A stretch of 62,757 bases of DNA, filler included, from Chiloscyllium plagiosum (lineage: Eukaryota), in NCBI RefSeq assembly GCF_004010195.1. It is 5 parts of one record of this genome, joined end to end, with 100 filler letters (N's around TTAATTAATTAA, not from the genome) between each part and the next. Parts side by side here need not be neighbours in the genome. Positions count along the whole stretch, not along the records: positions 12,853 to 22,614 come from NC_057717.1; positions 22,715 to 32,412 come from NC_057717.1; 3 more parts are not named here. One strand, given 5' to 3'. Shown piece by piece: positions 12,753-24,549 of the stretch (position 1 is its first letter; every line of letters begins with the position of its first letter). The notes beneath the pieces were generated by a model that worked only from the letters and a program-made list of their open reading frames with translations, was not told the DNA's origin and did no database searches. The translations under genes were made by a program, and so were the position numbers.

Positions 12753-12852
12753 NNNNNNNNNNNNNNNNNNNNNNNNNNNNNNNNNNNNNNNNNNNNTTAA
12801 TTAATTAANNNNNNNNNNNNNNNNNNNNNNNNNNNNNNNNNNNNNNNNNNNN
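12753..12852. other. Assembly spacer N44-TTAATTAATTAA-N44 (also 22615-22714, 32413-32512, 47010-47109)
   Basis: Identical 100-bp format four times. The palindromic 12-mer has stop codons in all six frames. Confidence 0.95.
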
Positions 12853-15800
12853 GTAAGCATGCATGTACAGCAGGTAGTGAAGAAGGCTAATAGCATGCTG
12901 GCCTTCATTACAAGAGGGATTGAATATAGAAGCAAAGAGATTCTTCTGCAGCTGTACAGGGCCCTGGTGAGACCACATCTGGAGTGCTGTGTGCAGTTCT
13001 GGTCTCCAAATTTGAGGAAAGACACTCTGACTATTGAGATAGTGCAGCGTAGGTTCACGAGGTCAATTCCTGGAATGGCGGGACTACCTTACGCTGAAAG
13101 ACTGGAGCGACTGGGCTTGTATACCCTTGAGTTTAGAAGACTGAGAGGGGATCTGATTGAGACATATAAGATATTAAAGGATTGGACACTCTGGAGGCAG
13201 ATGGGTGAGTACCGAACCAGATGTCACAGCTTAAAAATATGGGGTAGACCGTGTAGGACAGAGATGAGGAGACACTTCTTCAGCCAGAGAGTGGTGGGTG
13301 TGTGGAATGCTCTTCCCCAGAGGGCAGTGGAGGCCCAGTCTCTGGATTCATTTAAGAAAGAGTTGGACAGAGCTCTCAAGAATAGTGGAATCAAGGGTTA
13401 TGGAGATAAGGCAGGAACAGGATACTAATGAAGGATGATCAGCCATGATCATAATGAATGGTGGTGCAGGCTCGAAGGGCAGATTGGCCTACTCCTGCAC
13501 CTATTGTCTATTGTCTCGTGCCTGTGCCTGAGGAACCGATCCTGGTATTTCTGTGTGTATTTCAGTCCCAGATGGGCACAAAGGACATGATTTTTACTGT
13601 TATATAGGGCGCTCTTAGACCTTACAAAGGCCTTTGACACCATCAAACAGGAAGCGTATGTGGAACATTCTTCTCCGCTTCAGTTGCGTCATGAAAATTG
13701 TCACCATCCCTCACCTTGTCCAGAATGATGTGTGACTCATCTTAATGACAAACTGCTTCAACACTGACCCATTCTGCCCCTGAACCGGTGTCAAGCGGGG
13801 TATGTAATCACCACAAAACCGCTCCGAATCTACCTCACTGCAGGACCTCACCGCCAATAAACTGCCCTCTTTAAGGCCAAGGGGGCTTCAATTGAAGTCC
13901 TGCAGTATCGCTATCCCAATATCTCTTGATGGGAGTCAGTGTGAGCGGTAAGTTGCTTTTAGTTGAAATGAGCAGGTGTTCTTCCTCTGGATTTTTATCC
14001 ATTCCCAGTTTCCTTTCTCAGGAGTGTTCAATAGTGACAGAGCAGAGGCGATTTAAAAACAATTTTGTTGAAATGAATGAATGCTGGAAATCACAACGGG
14101 TCAGACATAAACCATGAGAGAGAGCCAGCTAAGATTTTGTGTCAAGATGATCCCGCATCTGAGCTGTTCATTTGTTGTTTGTTTTATTTGACTACCTTGA
14201 CTTTATTTTTATTTTGGCGCCGTATGGCCCATGCCCACGAGTGGTTGGTGGGCACAGAGAGAGCCAAATTTTGATTGTTTATTTCCTCCTGTCTTTCCCT
14301 TGAGAAACAGTGTCTTTTTTTGTTTTACAAAGTGAAGGCAGCTTTTGTTTCTGTTTTGGAAGAGCAGAGTGTATGTCCTTGTACTCTGCCTATTGGGACA
14401 GAGTCTGTTGCACACAATGGGTGTTTTTTTTCAGACTGGAGCCTTGTATGAATATAGGAATCTGTGATGTGTCCAATGCCGTTTGTCATTGATGTAAAGG
14501 ATTTGGATGAGAATATAGGGTGCATAGTTTGTGAGGAGTGGCCAGAAGAGTATAATTAAGATACGTGCGAAATGTTGCATTTTTCTCAGAGGAACAGGGC
14601 AAGACCACTTTTCGTAGCACCTGTGGAGTGTGGTCGAACAGTGTCCAAGGAGTTGACAGAACCACTACAGTGCAGAAGGAGGCCATATGACGCAACAGGC
14701 GTGCAGTATCAGTCCTGTTTCACTTACGTGCAAAAGTAGAGGCACAAATCAAGATCCTGGAAAGCTAAGCGAAGGGCACACTGTAGTGGTATGGTCAATG
14801 TGCAGCACAATTCTTATCCAATATGAGTCACTTTGTCTATGTTGAGATGTTAAAGAATTGATGAACCAATTTTTGAAGCCCGGAATATCACGAATCCATC
14901 ACATTGAGGACTTGTCTGCAAAACTGCTGGTGCTCTATCCCTTACGAAGCTGGATATGGGCTCTATGAACGTGGCATTGTGCTTCAATGAGGAATCCCAT
15001 TAATATGCTGCAATTACTACCCACAAGGGGTGTAACCACTGTACTTGTCTGCCTTTCTTTGTGGATATCATCAGCCGGTAAATTGTTCTAGTGAATGCCG
15101 GAGAACAGTTTACAAGATCTACCATGGTCCCAGTTTACAAGGTCTACCATGGTCCCTATCTACGTGAAGATATGCCAATCACTGGGAATATCAATAAATA
15201 TTATTTAATGTTTGAAGAAGTCCTTAGGAAGGAAAGAAAATGTGCTGTAAGGCACCGCAAGTGACCTTCTTGAGCTACAGCATGGCCAAAAGTGGGTTAC
15301 ACAGATTGAAAGATAAAGCAAGGGCAGCCATGGGTTCATCGGCTCCCACGTCTGTATCCGAGCTTCAGTCTTTCCTTGGGTTGGGGAATTATTACGGAAA
15401 ATTCTGTCATCACCTGGCCTCCATTTTGGAGGTAGGATTTGGTATTCAGAAAGGACCAGTTTTGCAAATACTCGTGTCGCAATTGAAAAAGCAGCTATCA
15501 TTGTTTAATGTCTTGGCACAGAATGATCTCCAGTGAGATGTGGCACTGACATGCAAAGCCTCACCACATGGTGTCCGGTTACTGCTGGCTCACTGACAGA
15601 GAGAACCATCTGATAGTATGTGCTTCCCAGAGTTTGGCTGATGCCGAATGAAAATGCGTCCAGATGAAGATGGAATGTTTGGCAGTAACCTTTTGTGTGG
15701 CAAAGTTCAACCAATACGTTTCTACACATATCTTTGATGTAGTAATGGACCACAAAACCCTGCTAGAGCTACCTGAAGAAGGCAGGGCTATCCCACTTGC

Positions 15801-16788
15801 CCATTCAAGTTAACTTCAGAAGTGAGCTTATTCTGAGTTCATGGATTTACAAGTTGAAACACCTTCCCTGCAGTTAGCTGGTTAATGCCTGAAGTCACCA
15901 TGGTGCGTGCCACCAAAGGAAAAGTCCGTTTTGGTTTTAAACTTCTTGATTCCTTTCTGGTCATCTCTGACAATATCACAGTGTAGATACAAGAATTTCC
16001 TGTTCTGGTGAAACAAAAATCACTGGTGGTGTTCAAAACAAAAGGGTCATCACAATCAGGGTTGCATTCTTTCTGCACCTGGCAAGACCAGACAACCACT
16101 GAAGATGGCATACTAATATGGAAGAGCAAGCGTGTTTGTCACAAGCAAAGGTCATTGTCAGATACCAGCTAAACTCCACCAAGTACATTCTATGATTTCC
16201 AAAATGAAGATGTTGGTGAGAAGTAATGTCTGGTGGCCAGAATTGGGTGCTGATGCAGCCATGTTGGTGGGGCAGTGTCGAGAATGCCAAGAAGGATAGA
16301 AATTGTCACCAGCCATGCATCATTTTCATGGCACTGACCAGGTATAACCATAGCTCAGTTACACATCGAATGTGCCAGTCTGTTTTGTGGGATCTGTACT
16401 TGTAATGATGTTGGTCACAGGTAAAGGGCATTCATTTGCTTGCAGGTAGTTTTGTGTATTACCTAAAATTGAATGGCATTGGGCATATAGTGACCACTGC
16501 ATACATTGTCGAATTGTCTGGCGGAAAGAACAGTCCAAATATTGAGAGCAAAGTAAAGAAAACAGCTGACAACTTCACTGGATCCCAAACTGTCCCACTT
16601 TCTCTTTGATGATAGAAACAGCGCTTACACAACTGCAGTGACAACTCCACCAGAGTTGCTCATGCGAAAAAGACTCCTGGTTAAATCTGATCTTCTTGGA
16701 CATTATGGGGAGGGTGAAACGGCATCAGGAAGTCCAATGCTGGTCACAAAACCCCTCTTCGTGAGTGAGACAGTTTACTTCATGGAGA

Positions 16789-16824
16789 ATTGACGTTTCG
16801 GGCATAAGCCCTTCTTCAGGAATG
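16789..16824 (-). ncRNA. Minimal type I hammerhead ribozyme motif (PLE terminus)
   Basis: Reverse complement reads cattc-CTGAAGA-a-gggc-ttat-gccc-GAAA-C-GTC: CUGANGA core, 4-bp stem II, GAAA and GUC site. Confidence 0.75.
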
Positions 16825-19280
16825 AGGAAAGTGTGTCCAGCAGGCTAAGATAAAAGGTAGGGAGGAGAGACTTGGGGGAGGGGCGTGGTCGATGATGCCC
16901 TCCACCGCACCTCTTCCACTTCCCGCTCCTCCGCCCTTGAGCCCCGTCCCTCCAACCGCCACCAGGACAGAACTCCAGTGGTCCTCACCTGCCACCCCAC
17001 CAACCTCCATGTACAGCATATCATCCGCTGTCATTTCCGCCACCTCCAAACGGACCCCACCACCAGGGATATATTTCCCTCCCCTCCCCTCCCCTATCAG
17101 CGTTCCGAAAAGACCACTCCCTCCGTGACTCCCTCATCAGGTCCACACCCCCCACCAACCCAACCTCCACTCCCAGCAACTTCCCCTGCAACCGCAGGAG
17201 GTGCAAGACTTGCGCCCACACCTCCCCTCTCACCTCCCTCCAAGNNNNNNNNNNNNNNNNNNNNNNNNNNNNNNNNNNNNNNNNNNNNNNNNNNNNNNNN
17301 NNNNNNNNNNNNNNNNNNNNNNNNNNNNNNNNNNNNNNNNNNNNNNNNNNNNNNNNNNNNNNNNNNNNNNNNNNNNNNNNNNNNNNNNNNNNNNNNNNNN
17401 NNNNNNNNNNNNNNNNNNNNNNNNNNNNNNNNNNNNNNNNNNNNNNNNNNNNNNNNNNNNNNNNNNNNNNNNNNNNNNNNNNNNNNNNNNNNNNNNNNNN
17501 NNNNNNNNNNNNNNNNNNNNNNNNNNNNNNNNNNNNNNNNNNNNNNNNNNNNNNNNNNNNNNNNNNNNNNNNNNNNNNNNNNNNNNNNNNNNGAGGAGGT
17601 GCAGTCCAGGTAGCTGTGTGAGTCGGTTGGTTTGTAGTAGATGTCCGTGATGATTCGGTCGCCTGCGATAGAAATAGAAAGGTCGAGGAAGGGGAGGGAG
17701 GAATCTGGGACTGTCCAGGTGAATTTGAGGTCGGGGTGGAAGGTGTTGGTAAAGTGGATGAACTGTTCAACCTCCTCGTGGGAGCACGAGGCAGCGCCGA
17801 TACAGTCATCGATGTAGCAGAGGAAAGGTGGGAGTGGTGCCAGTGTAGCTGCGGAAGATGAACTGTTCCACATATCCTACGAAGAGGCAGGCATAGCTGG
17901 GGCCCATGCGGGTGCCCATGGCTACTCCTTTGGTTTGGAGGAAGTGGGAGGATTAGAAAGAGAAGTTGATCAGGGTGAGGACCAGTTCAGTCAGTCGAAG
18001 GAGGGTGTCAGTGGAAGGGTACTGGTTGGTACGGCGGGAAAGAAAGAAGCGGAGGGCTTTGAGTCCTTCGTGATGGGGGATGGAGGTGTACAGGGACTGG
18101 ATGTCCATGGTGAGGATAAGGCGTTGGGGACCGGGGAAGCGAAAATTAGGGAGGAGTTGGAGGGCATTGGTGGTGTCCCGAACGAACGTGGGGAGTTCTT
18201 GGACTAAGGGGGACAGGACTGTGTCGAGGTATGCAGAGATGAGTTCGGTGGGGCAGGAGCAGGCTGAGACAATGGGTTGGCCGGGACAGTCAGGTTTGTG
18301 GATTTTGGGCAGGAGGTAGAAGCGGGCGGTGCGGGAAGAAGATTGCAAGTTAGGAAGGCGGTGCTGAGTTCGAGGGATTTGACTGAGACAAGGAGGGGGG
18401 AGGGGAAATGAGGAAACTGGAGAAATCTGAGTTCATCCCTTGTGGTTGGAGGGTTCCTAGGCGGAAGATGAGGCGCTCTTCCTCCAACCGTCGTGTGCTA
18501 TGGTCTGGCGATGGAGGAGTCCAAGGACCTGCATCTCCTTGGTGGAGTGGGAGGGGGAGTTGAAGTGTTGCGCCATGGGGTGGTTGGGTTGGTTGGTACG
18601 GGTGTCCCAGAGGTGTTCTCTGAAACGTTCCGCAAGTAGGCCACATCGGGTGCAGCAGATGCAATAGATGATGTGTGTGGAGGTGCAGGTGAATTTGTGG
18701 CGGTTATGGAAGTATCCCTTGGGGCCTTGGAGGGAAGTGAGGGGGGAGGTGTGGGTGCAAGTTTTGCATTTCTTGCGGTTGCAGGGGAAGTTGCCGGGAA
18801 TGGAGGTTGGGTTGGTGGGGGGTGTGGACCTGATGAGGGAGTCACGGAGGGAGTGGTCTTTTCGGAACGCTGATAGGGGAGGGGAGGGAAATATATCCCT
18901 GGTGGTGGGGTCCGTTTGGAGGTGGCGGAAATGAAGGCGGATGATATGCTGTACTTGGAGGTTGGTGGGGTGGTAGGTGAGGACCAGTGGGGTTCTGTCC
19001 TGGTGGCGGTTGGAGTGGCGGGGCTCAAGGGCGGAGGAGCGGGAAGTGGAAGAGGTGCGGTGGAGGGCATCGTCGACCACGTCTTGGGGGAAATTGCGGT
19101 CCTCATCACCTCAGGAGATCTCCCATCCACCGCCTCCAACCTCATAGTCCCACAACCGCCCCACCCCACTCCAGCCTATCACCCTCACCTTGACCTCCTT
19201 CCACCTATCGCATTTCCAACGCCTCTCCCCCAAGTCCCTCCTCTCTACCTTTTATCTTAGCCTGCTGGGCACACTTTCCT

Positions 19281-19317
19281 CATTCCTGAAGAAGGGCTTA
19301 TGCCTGAAACGTCGATT
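19281..19317 (+). ncRNA. Minimal hammerhead ribozyme motif (PLE terminus)
   Basis: cattc-CTGAAGA-a-gggc-ttat-gcct-GAAA-C-GTC-gatt. Confidence 0.72.
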
Positions 19318-21399
19318 CTCCTGTTCCTTGGATGCTGCCTGACCTGCGCTTTTCCAGCAACACGTTTTCAGCTCTGATCTCCAGCATCTGCAGTCCTCAC
19401 TTTCTCCTCAAAGAGTTTACTTCATGGGACAAAATGTGCTGCTGAAATGGTGGGAATGGCCCTGAATAGGTAAAATATATGTTGAAAGTGAGGACAGGTC
19501 GCAAGATGTACAATGTTTAGGTCACATAAGATGTCCTGAACAATTGTGAGGATAACATTATAGCTACAACCTCAAGACGTGGACAGGAGGAAAACATATC
19601 CAGCCCTTCACAACATTCAGCACGGCTGTCCGAAACGGTGGGTTCTCCCCTTCACCCAGTGTGGAAGAATCCTCTGAGGGTGAGATGGACATGGCAGTTG
19701 TGGCAGCATTGGCACCATCACCAGTTGCAGAAGATGATAAATTTCTTCTGAGGCGCAAGAGATGGGCCACAGTCTAGCATGTGGCAGCAGAGTGCAGCCC
19801 CGAGTCAGAAGAAGTGGGCATATTGGGAAAATGACTCAAGAGATGGCGCAAGAAAGAAGAATTAGATGGGGATGGAATTGCTTGGAACGCATTTAGCCAG
19901 TGAGACTCATTGAATATAATTTTCCAGGTTGAGGCTGTTCACCAGGTCTAATCAGGGAGACCCGACTGGCAGATGTGTCAGGGGTTCTGCTCATTCGAGG
20001 AGCAGTCTCTACGAAGACTAGATCGGTGTCAGGTACTGTGTACGTGGAAAACAGAGAAGGCGGTCCTCCAGCTGAAGAACAAGGCTGCAGTTTCACATGG
20101 TATTCCCCTTCAAGCATTGAACTGCGGAGGCACAGAGCTTCCACTGCAGCTGAATATCCTTGTCTGCCTTCTTTCGAATGAGCAGAGCAACCCTGGTGAG
20201 CAGCCAGATGCCAAAGTCAGGAGTATTTTCAAATAACGGAACATGTCAAACTGTGGTACGTTCAGGAGAGTGTCCCTGATGTTGACCAGTGGACAATTCA
20301 TCGCCAAGGTCCTTTTCAACTGTTTCCTCCTTATAGCTGATGAACTACGTCCAAAGTTTGTGTGACTTTCAGCCTCAGAGGTGCACATTGTGCAGGATTT
20401 TCATGATTGTATATAGCATTCTTGGACCTTACAAAGGCCTTTGGCACCGTCAATCAGAAAGCACTTGGGCAGCATTCTTCTCCGCTTTCGATGCAGCATG
20501 AAGTTTGTTAACCATCCGTCAGCTGATCCACAACAACATGGAAGTCATCGTAATAACAAGCGGCCTCAACACCCGTCCATTCCCCCTTTAACCAAGGGGG
20601 CTTGTAGTGAAGTCGTGCACTGTTGCTGTCCCAGAAACCCTTGATGGGGGTCAGTGTGAGTGGTAAGTTATTTTCAGTTGAGATGAGCATGTGTACTTTT
20701 TCTAGATTTCAAACCATTGTTGTTCCTTTCCAGGAGTATTCAATCATGACAGAGCAGAGAGGATTTATTTACCTCCATTGAATGCTGGAGATCACAGCGG
20801 GTCAGACATAATCCATCAGAGAGAGCAAGCTAAGATTTTGTGTCGAGATGACACCACAGCTGAGCTGTTCATTTGTTGTTTATTTTCTTTGACTACCTTG
20901 AATTTATTTTTATTTTGGCGCCGTGTGGCCCATGCCGACGAGTGGATGGGTGGGCAATGAGTCCTGAGTCTTTGTTTATTTACTTGTGTCTTTCCCTGAA
21001 GGAACAGAATGGAGAAACANNNNNNNNNNNNNNNNNNNNNNNNNNNNNNNNNNCTATTCGGGGAGTGTCTGCTGGGTGTTGTTTTTCAGACTGGAGAGTT
21101 GTGATGAATATAGGAATTGGTGATGTGTCCATGCCATTTGTCATTTATGTGAAGGATTTGGATGAGAATGTAGGATGTGTGGTTTGTGAGGAGTGGCCGG
21201 AAGAGTATAATTTTGACACATGCAAAATGTTGCATTTTGGTAAGAGGAACAGGGCAAGAGCACTTTTGGTAGGGCCTGTGGAGTGTTGTTGAACAGAGAG
21301 TCCGAGGAGTGAATAGAACTTCTGCAGAGTAGAAGTAGGCCATTTGACGAAACTGGCCAACAGTATCAGTCCCATTGCCCTTCCGTGCAAAAGTAGAGG

Positions 21400-22310
21400 C
21401 ACAAATCAAGAGCCTGGAAAACTAAGCAATGACCAAACTACTACAATGTGCCCTATGTGCAGCGCTATTCTAATCCATTATGAGTCACTTTGCTGATGTG
21501 GAGATTTTAAAGAATTGATGAGCCAATTTTTGAAGTCACGAATATCACCAATACATCACATTGAGGACTTGTCTGCAAAACTGCAGGTGCCCTGAAGCTG
21601 GATATAGGCCTTATGAACTTGGCATTGTTTTTCAATGAGGATTCCCATAAATATGCTGCAATTTCTACCCATAAGTACCACTGTACTTGAAAGCATTTCT
21701 TTGGGGATATGTCTGGCGGAAAGAACAGTCCAAATATTGAGGGCAAAGTAAAGAAAACAGTTGACAACTTCACTGGATACCAAACTGTCCCACTTTCTCT
21801 TTGATGATAGAAACAGCGCTCACACAACTGCAGTGACAACTCCACCAGAGTTGCTCATGCGAAGAAGACTCCAGTTTAAATCTGATCTTCTCAGACATTG
21901 TGGGGAGGGTGAAACGGCATCAGGAAGGCCAATGCCGGTCACAAAACCCCTCCTTGTGAGTGAGAACATTTATTTCATGTGACAAAATGTGCTGTTGAAA
22001 TGGTGGGAATGGCTCCCAATGGGTAACAGATATGTTCAAAGTGAGGACAAGTCGCAAGCTGTACAATGCTTAGCAAGTCTGTCCGAACCTTTGGGTTCTC
22101 CTCCTTCACCCAGTGTGGAAAAATCCTCTGAGTGTGTGATAGACAAGGCAGATGTGGCAGCATTGACACCATTACCACCTGCAGAAGTTGATGAATTTCT
22201 TCTGAGACGTAAGAGGTTGGCCACATTCCCACACATGGCGGCAGAATACAGCCCTGAGTCCGAGGAAGTGGATCTAGTTCAAAAATGACTCGAGATAGTG
22301 CAAGAAAGAG
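21400..22310 (+). mobile_element. Gypsy pol relic with ~1.4 kb internal deletion
   Basis: RT start joins the integrase directly at ttggggatat|gtctggcggaaag (~21710). Confidence 0.8.
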
Positions 22311-22493
22311 GAATTAGCTGGGGACAGAATTGATGTTTGGAACACAGTCAGCGAGTGAACCTCATTGAATATAATTTTCCAGGTTGAGGCTGTTCACCTG
22401 GTCTAATCAGGGAGACCTAATTGGCAGATGTGTCAGGGGTTCTGCACATTCGAGGAGCAGTCTCTATGAAGGCTAGGTCAGTGTCAGGTACTG

Positions 22494-23765
22494 GATCAGT
22501 GGTGCTGGAAGAGCACAGCAGTTCAGGCAGTATCGAGGAGCTTCAGCAAAATCGACGTTTCGGGCAAAAGCCCTTCATCAGGAATAAAGGCAGAGAGCCT
22601 GAAGCATGGAGAGANNNNNNNNNNNNNNNNNNNNNNNNNNNNNNNNNNNNNNNNNNNNTTAATTAATTAANNNNNNNNNNNNNNNNNNNNNNNNNNNNNN
22701 NNNNNNNNNNNNNNTAGCCAACAAAGAGACATGCATAGCTGGGCCCATACATGTGCCCATGACTACCCCTTTGGTTTGGAGGAAGTGGGAGGATTCAAAG
22801 GAGAAATTTTTAAGGGTGAGGACCAGTTCGGCCAAACGAATGAGTGTGTCGGTGGAGGGGTACTGTTGGGAACGTCTGGAGGGGAAAAAACGGAGGGCTT
22901 GGAGGCCCTGGTCATGGCGGATGGAGGTGTAGAGGGTTTGGATATCCATGGTGAAGATGAGGCGTTGGGGGCCAGGGAAACGGAAGTCTTGGAGGAGGTG
23001 GAGGGCGTGGGTGGTGTCTCGAACGTATGTGGGGAGTTCCTGGACTGGGGGGATAGGACAGTGTCGAGATAGGTAGAGATAAGTTTAGTGGGGCAGGAGC
23101 ATGCTGAGACAATGGGTCGGCCAGGGTGGTCAGGCTTGTGGATCTTGGGAAGGAGGTAGAATTGGGCAGTGCGTGGTTCCCGGACTATGAGGTTGGAAGG
23201 TGTGGGTGGGAGATCTCCTGAGGTGATAAGGTTCTGTATGGTCTGGGAGATGATGGTTTGGTGATGGGGGGTGGGGTCATGGTCAAGTGGGCAGTAGGAA
23301 GAGGTGTCCTCGAGTTGGCGTTTGGCTTCAGCGGTGTAGAGGTCAGTGCGCCAGACTACCACTGCACCCCCTTTATCCGCTGGCTTGATGGTGAGGTTGG
23401 GATTAGAGCAGAGGGATTGGAGGCCAGCGCGGGGTGTCCAGGTGGATGCAGTGCATTGGAGGTGGACAAAGGGGTCCTCGGAAGGTGGCCGGGGGTCCTG
23501 ATTGTGAAAGTAAGCTCGGAGGCGGAGGCGACGGAAGAAGTGTTCGATGTCACGGCGTGTACTAAATTCATAGATGCGTGGACGGAGGGGGATGAATGTG
23601 AGTCCTTTCCTGAGGACTGATCGTTCGTCCTCAGTGAGTGGGAGGTCTGGGGGGATGGTGAAAACTCGGCAGGGCTGGGAGCTGGGATCTGGTGTGGGTG
23701 TGGAGCTGGGAGTAGGGTCGGAGCCAGTACCTGGAGTGGGTGTGATGGTGGGGGGAATGGGGGTA
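22494..23765 (-). mobile_element. Penelope-like element (RT fragment plus terminus) with 10-bp TSD
   Basis: TSD tcaggtactg at 22484-22493 and 23766-23775. ADKG-VVVWRTD, FYLLPKIHKPD-PGRPIVS, MDIQTLYTSI and GV-MGT-MGP on the - strand. Confidence 0.92.
22551..22586 (-). ncRNA. Minimal hammerhead ribozyme motif
   Basis: Reverse complement tattc-CTGATGA-a-gggc-tttt-gccc-GAAA-C-GTC-gat. Confidence 0.78.
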
Positions 23766-24549
23766 TCAGGTACTGTGCACGTGGAAAATCTTAAAGTGCG
23801 TGCTGCAGCATATTACATGCACGGAGTTCAGCAATAGCTAAGCCTTGATCGAAACAGAGAAGGTGTTACCCCAGCTGAAGAACAAGGCTGCAGTTGCAAA
23901 TTGTAGTCCCCCTCAAGCATTGAACTGTGAATGCAGTGTGCTTCCAGTGCAACTGAATATCCTTGCCTGCCTTCTCTGGAAGGAGGAGAGCATCCTAGGA
24001 GAGCTCCCATATGCCAAAGTCAGGAGTATTTTCAAACAATGGAACATACAAAGTGAAAGCGGCGTTTGTTTCTGTTTTGGAGGAGCAGAATGTAAAACAA
24101 AGACTGTTTTTGTTTCTCTATTCTGTTCCTCCAGGGAAAGACAGAAAGAAATAAACAATCAAACATTGGCACTCCTGGACTCAGTGCCCACCATCCACTC
24201 ATGGATGGCAGTGTCTGTTCAGTGTTGTTTTTCAGACTGGAGGATTGTGATGAATAAAGGAATTTGTGATGTGTCCATGCCATTTGTCATTTATGTGAAG
24301 GATTTGGATGAGAATGTAGGATGCATGGTTTGTGAGGAGTGGCTGGAAGAGTATAATTTTGATACATGCAAAATGTTGCATTTTGGTAATAGGAACAGGG
24401 CAAGACCACTTTTGGTCGGGCCTATGGAGTGTTGTCGAACAGATAGTCCTAGGAGTTAACAGAACTTCTGCAGTGCAAAAGTAGGCCATTTGACGAAACA
24501 GGCCCACAGTATCAGTCCCATTTCCCTTCCGTGCAAAAGTAGAGGCACA

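Larger units (their letters stand above)
9605..13516 (+). mobile_element. Near-full-length CR1-clade LINE (5'UTR, ORF1, ORF2 APE-RT, 3'UTR, (CTATTGT)n tail) inserted in a unit copy
   Basis: Interrupts caactgtct|cgtg (empty site at ~5503-5516). APE motifs DIVGITETWL, GVIYRPP, MGDFN, SDYN; RT motifs KSPGPDGLHP, NYRPVSLTS, YLDFQKAFDKVPH. Stops, frameshifts and one gap. Confidence 0.95.
16786..19413. mobile_element. Rearranged Penelope-like element with inverted termini and 14-bp TSD
   Basis: TSD agtttacttcatgg at 16772-16785 and 19414-19427. PLE RT on - strand (RFYLLPKIHK, MDIQSLYTSIP, GVAMGTRMGP, YIDD) and GIY-YIG region (CKTC..IIYCI-C--CG..ERFREH). 16786-16885 is the reverse complement of ~19218-19320. 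Confidence 0.93.
14740..19860 (+). mobile_element. Decayed Gypsy pol copy split by a PLE insertion (14740-16785, 19428-19860)
   Basis: ELQSFLGLGNYYGKF, RNaseH and IN motifs. Contains a 25-bp tandem duplication at 15106-15155. Confidence 0.85.

Noticed and set aside
12797..12808. Palindrome TTAATTAATTAA, four copies
   Set aside because: Always centred in exactly 44+44 Ns; a six-frame-stop scaffolding linker, not biology.
14205..14255. Sm-site plus hairpin (snRNA-like), or PBS-like tggcgcc
   Set aside because: No further match to any snRNA or tRNA 3' end that I can recall.
15106..15155. 25-bp tandem duplication
   Set aside because: Ordinary slippage event in one copy.
16885..17873. Long ORFs containing X runs (also 34088-34837, 41302-41902)
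   Set aside because: Length comes from translating N gaps.
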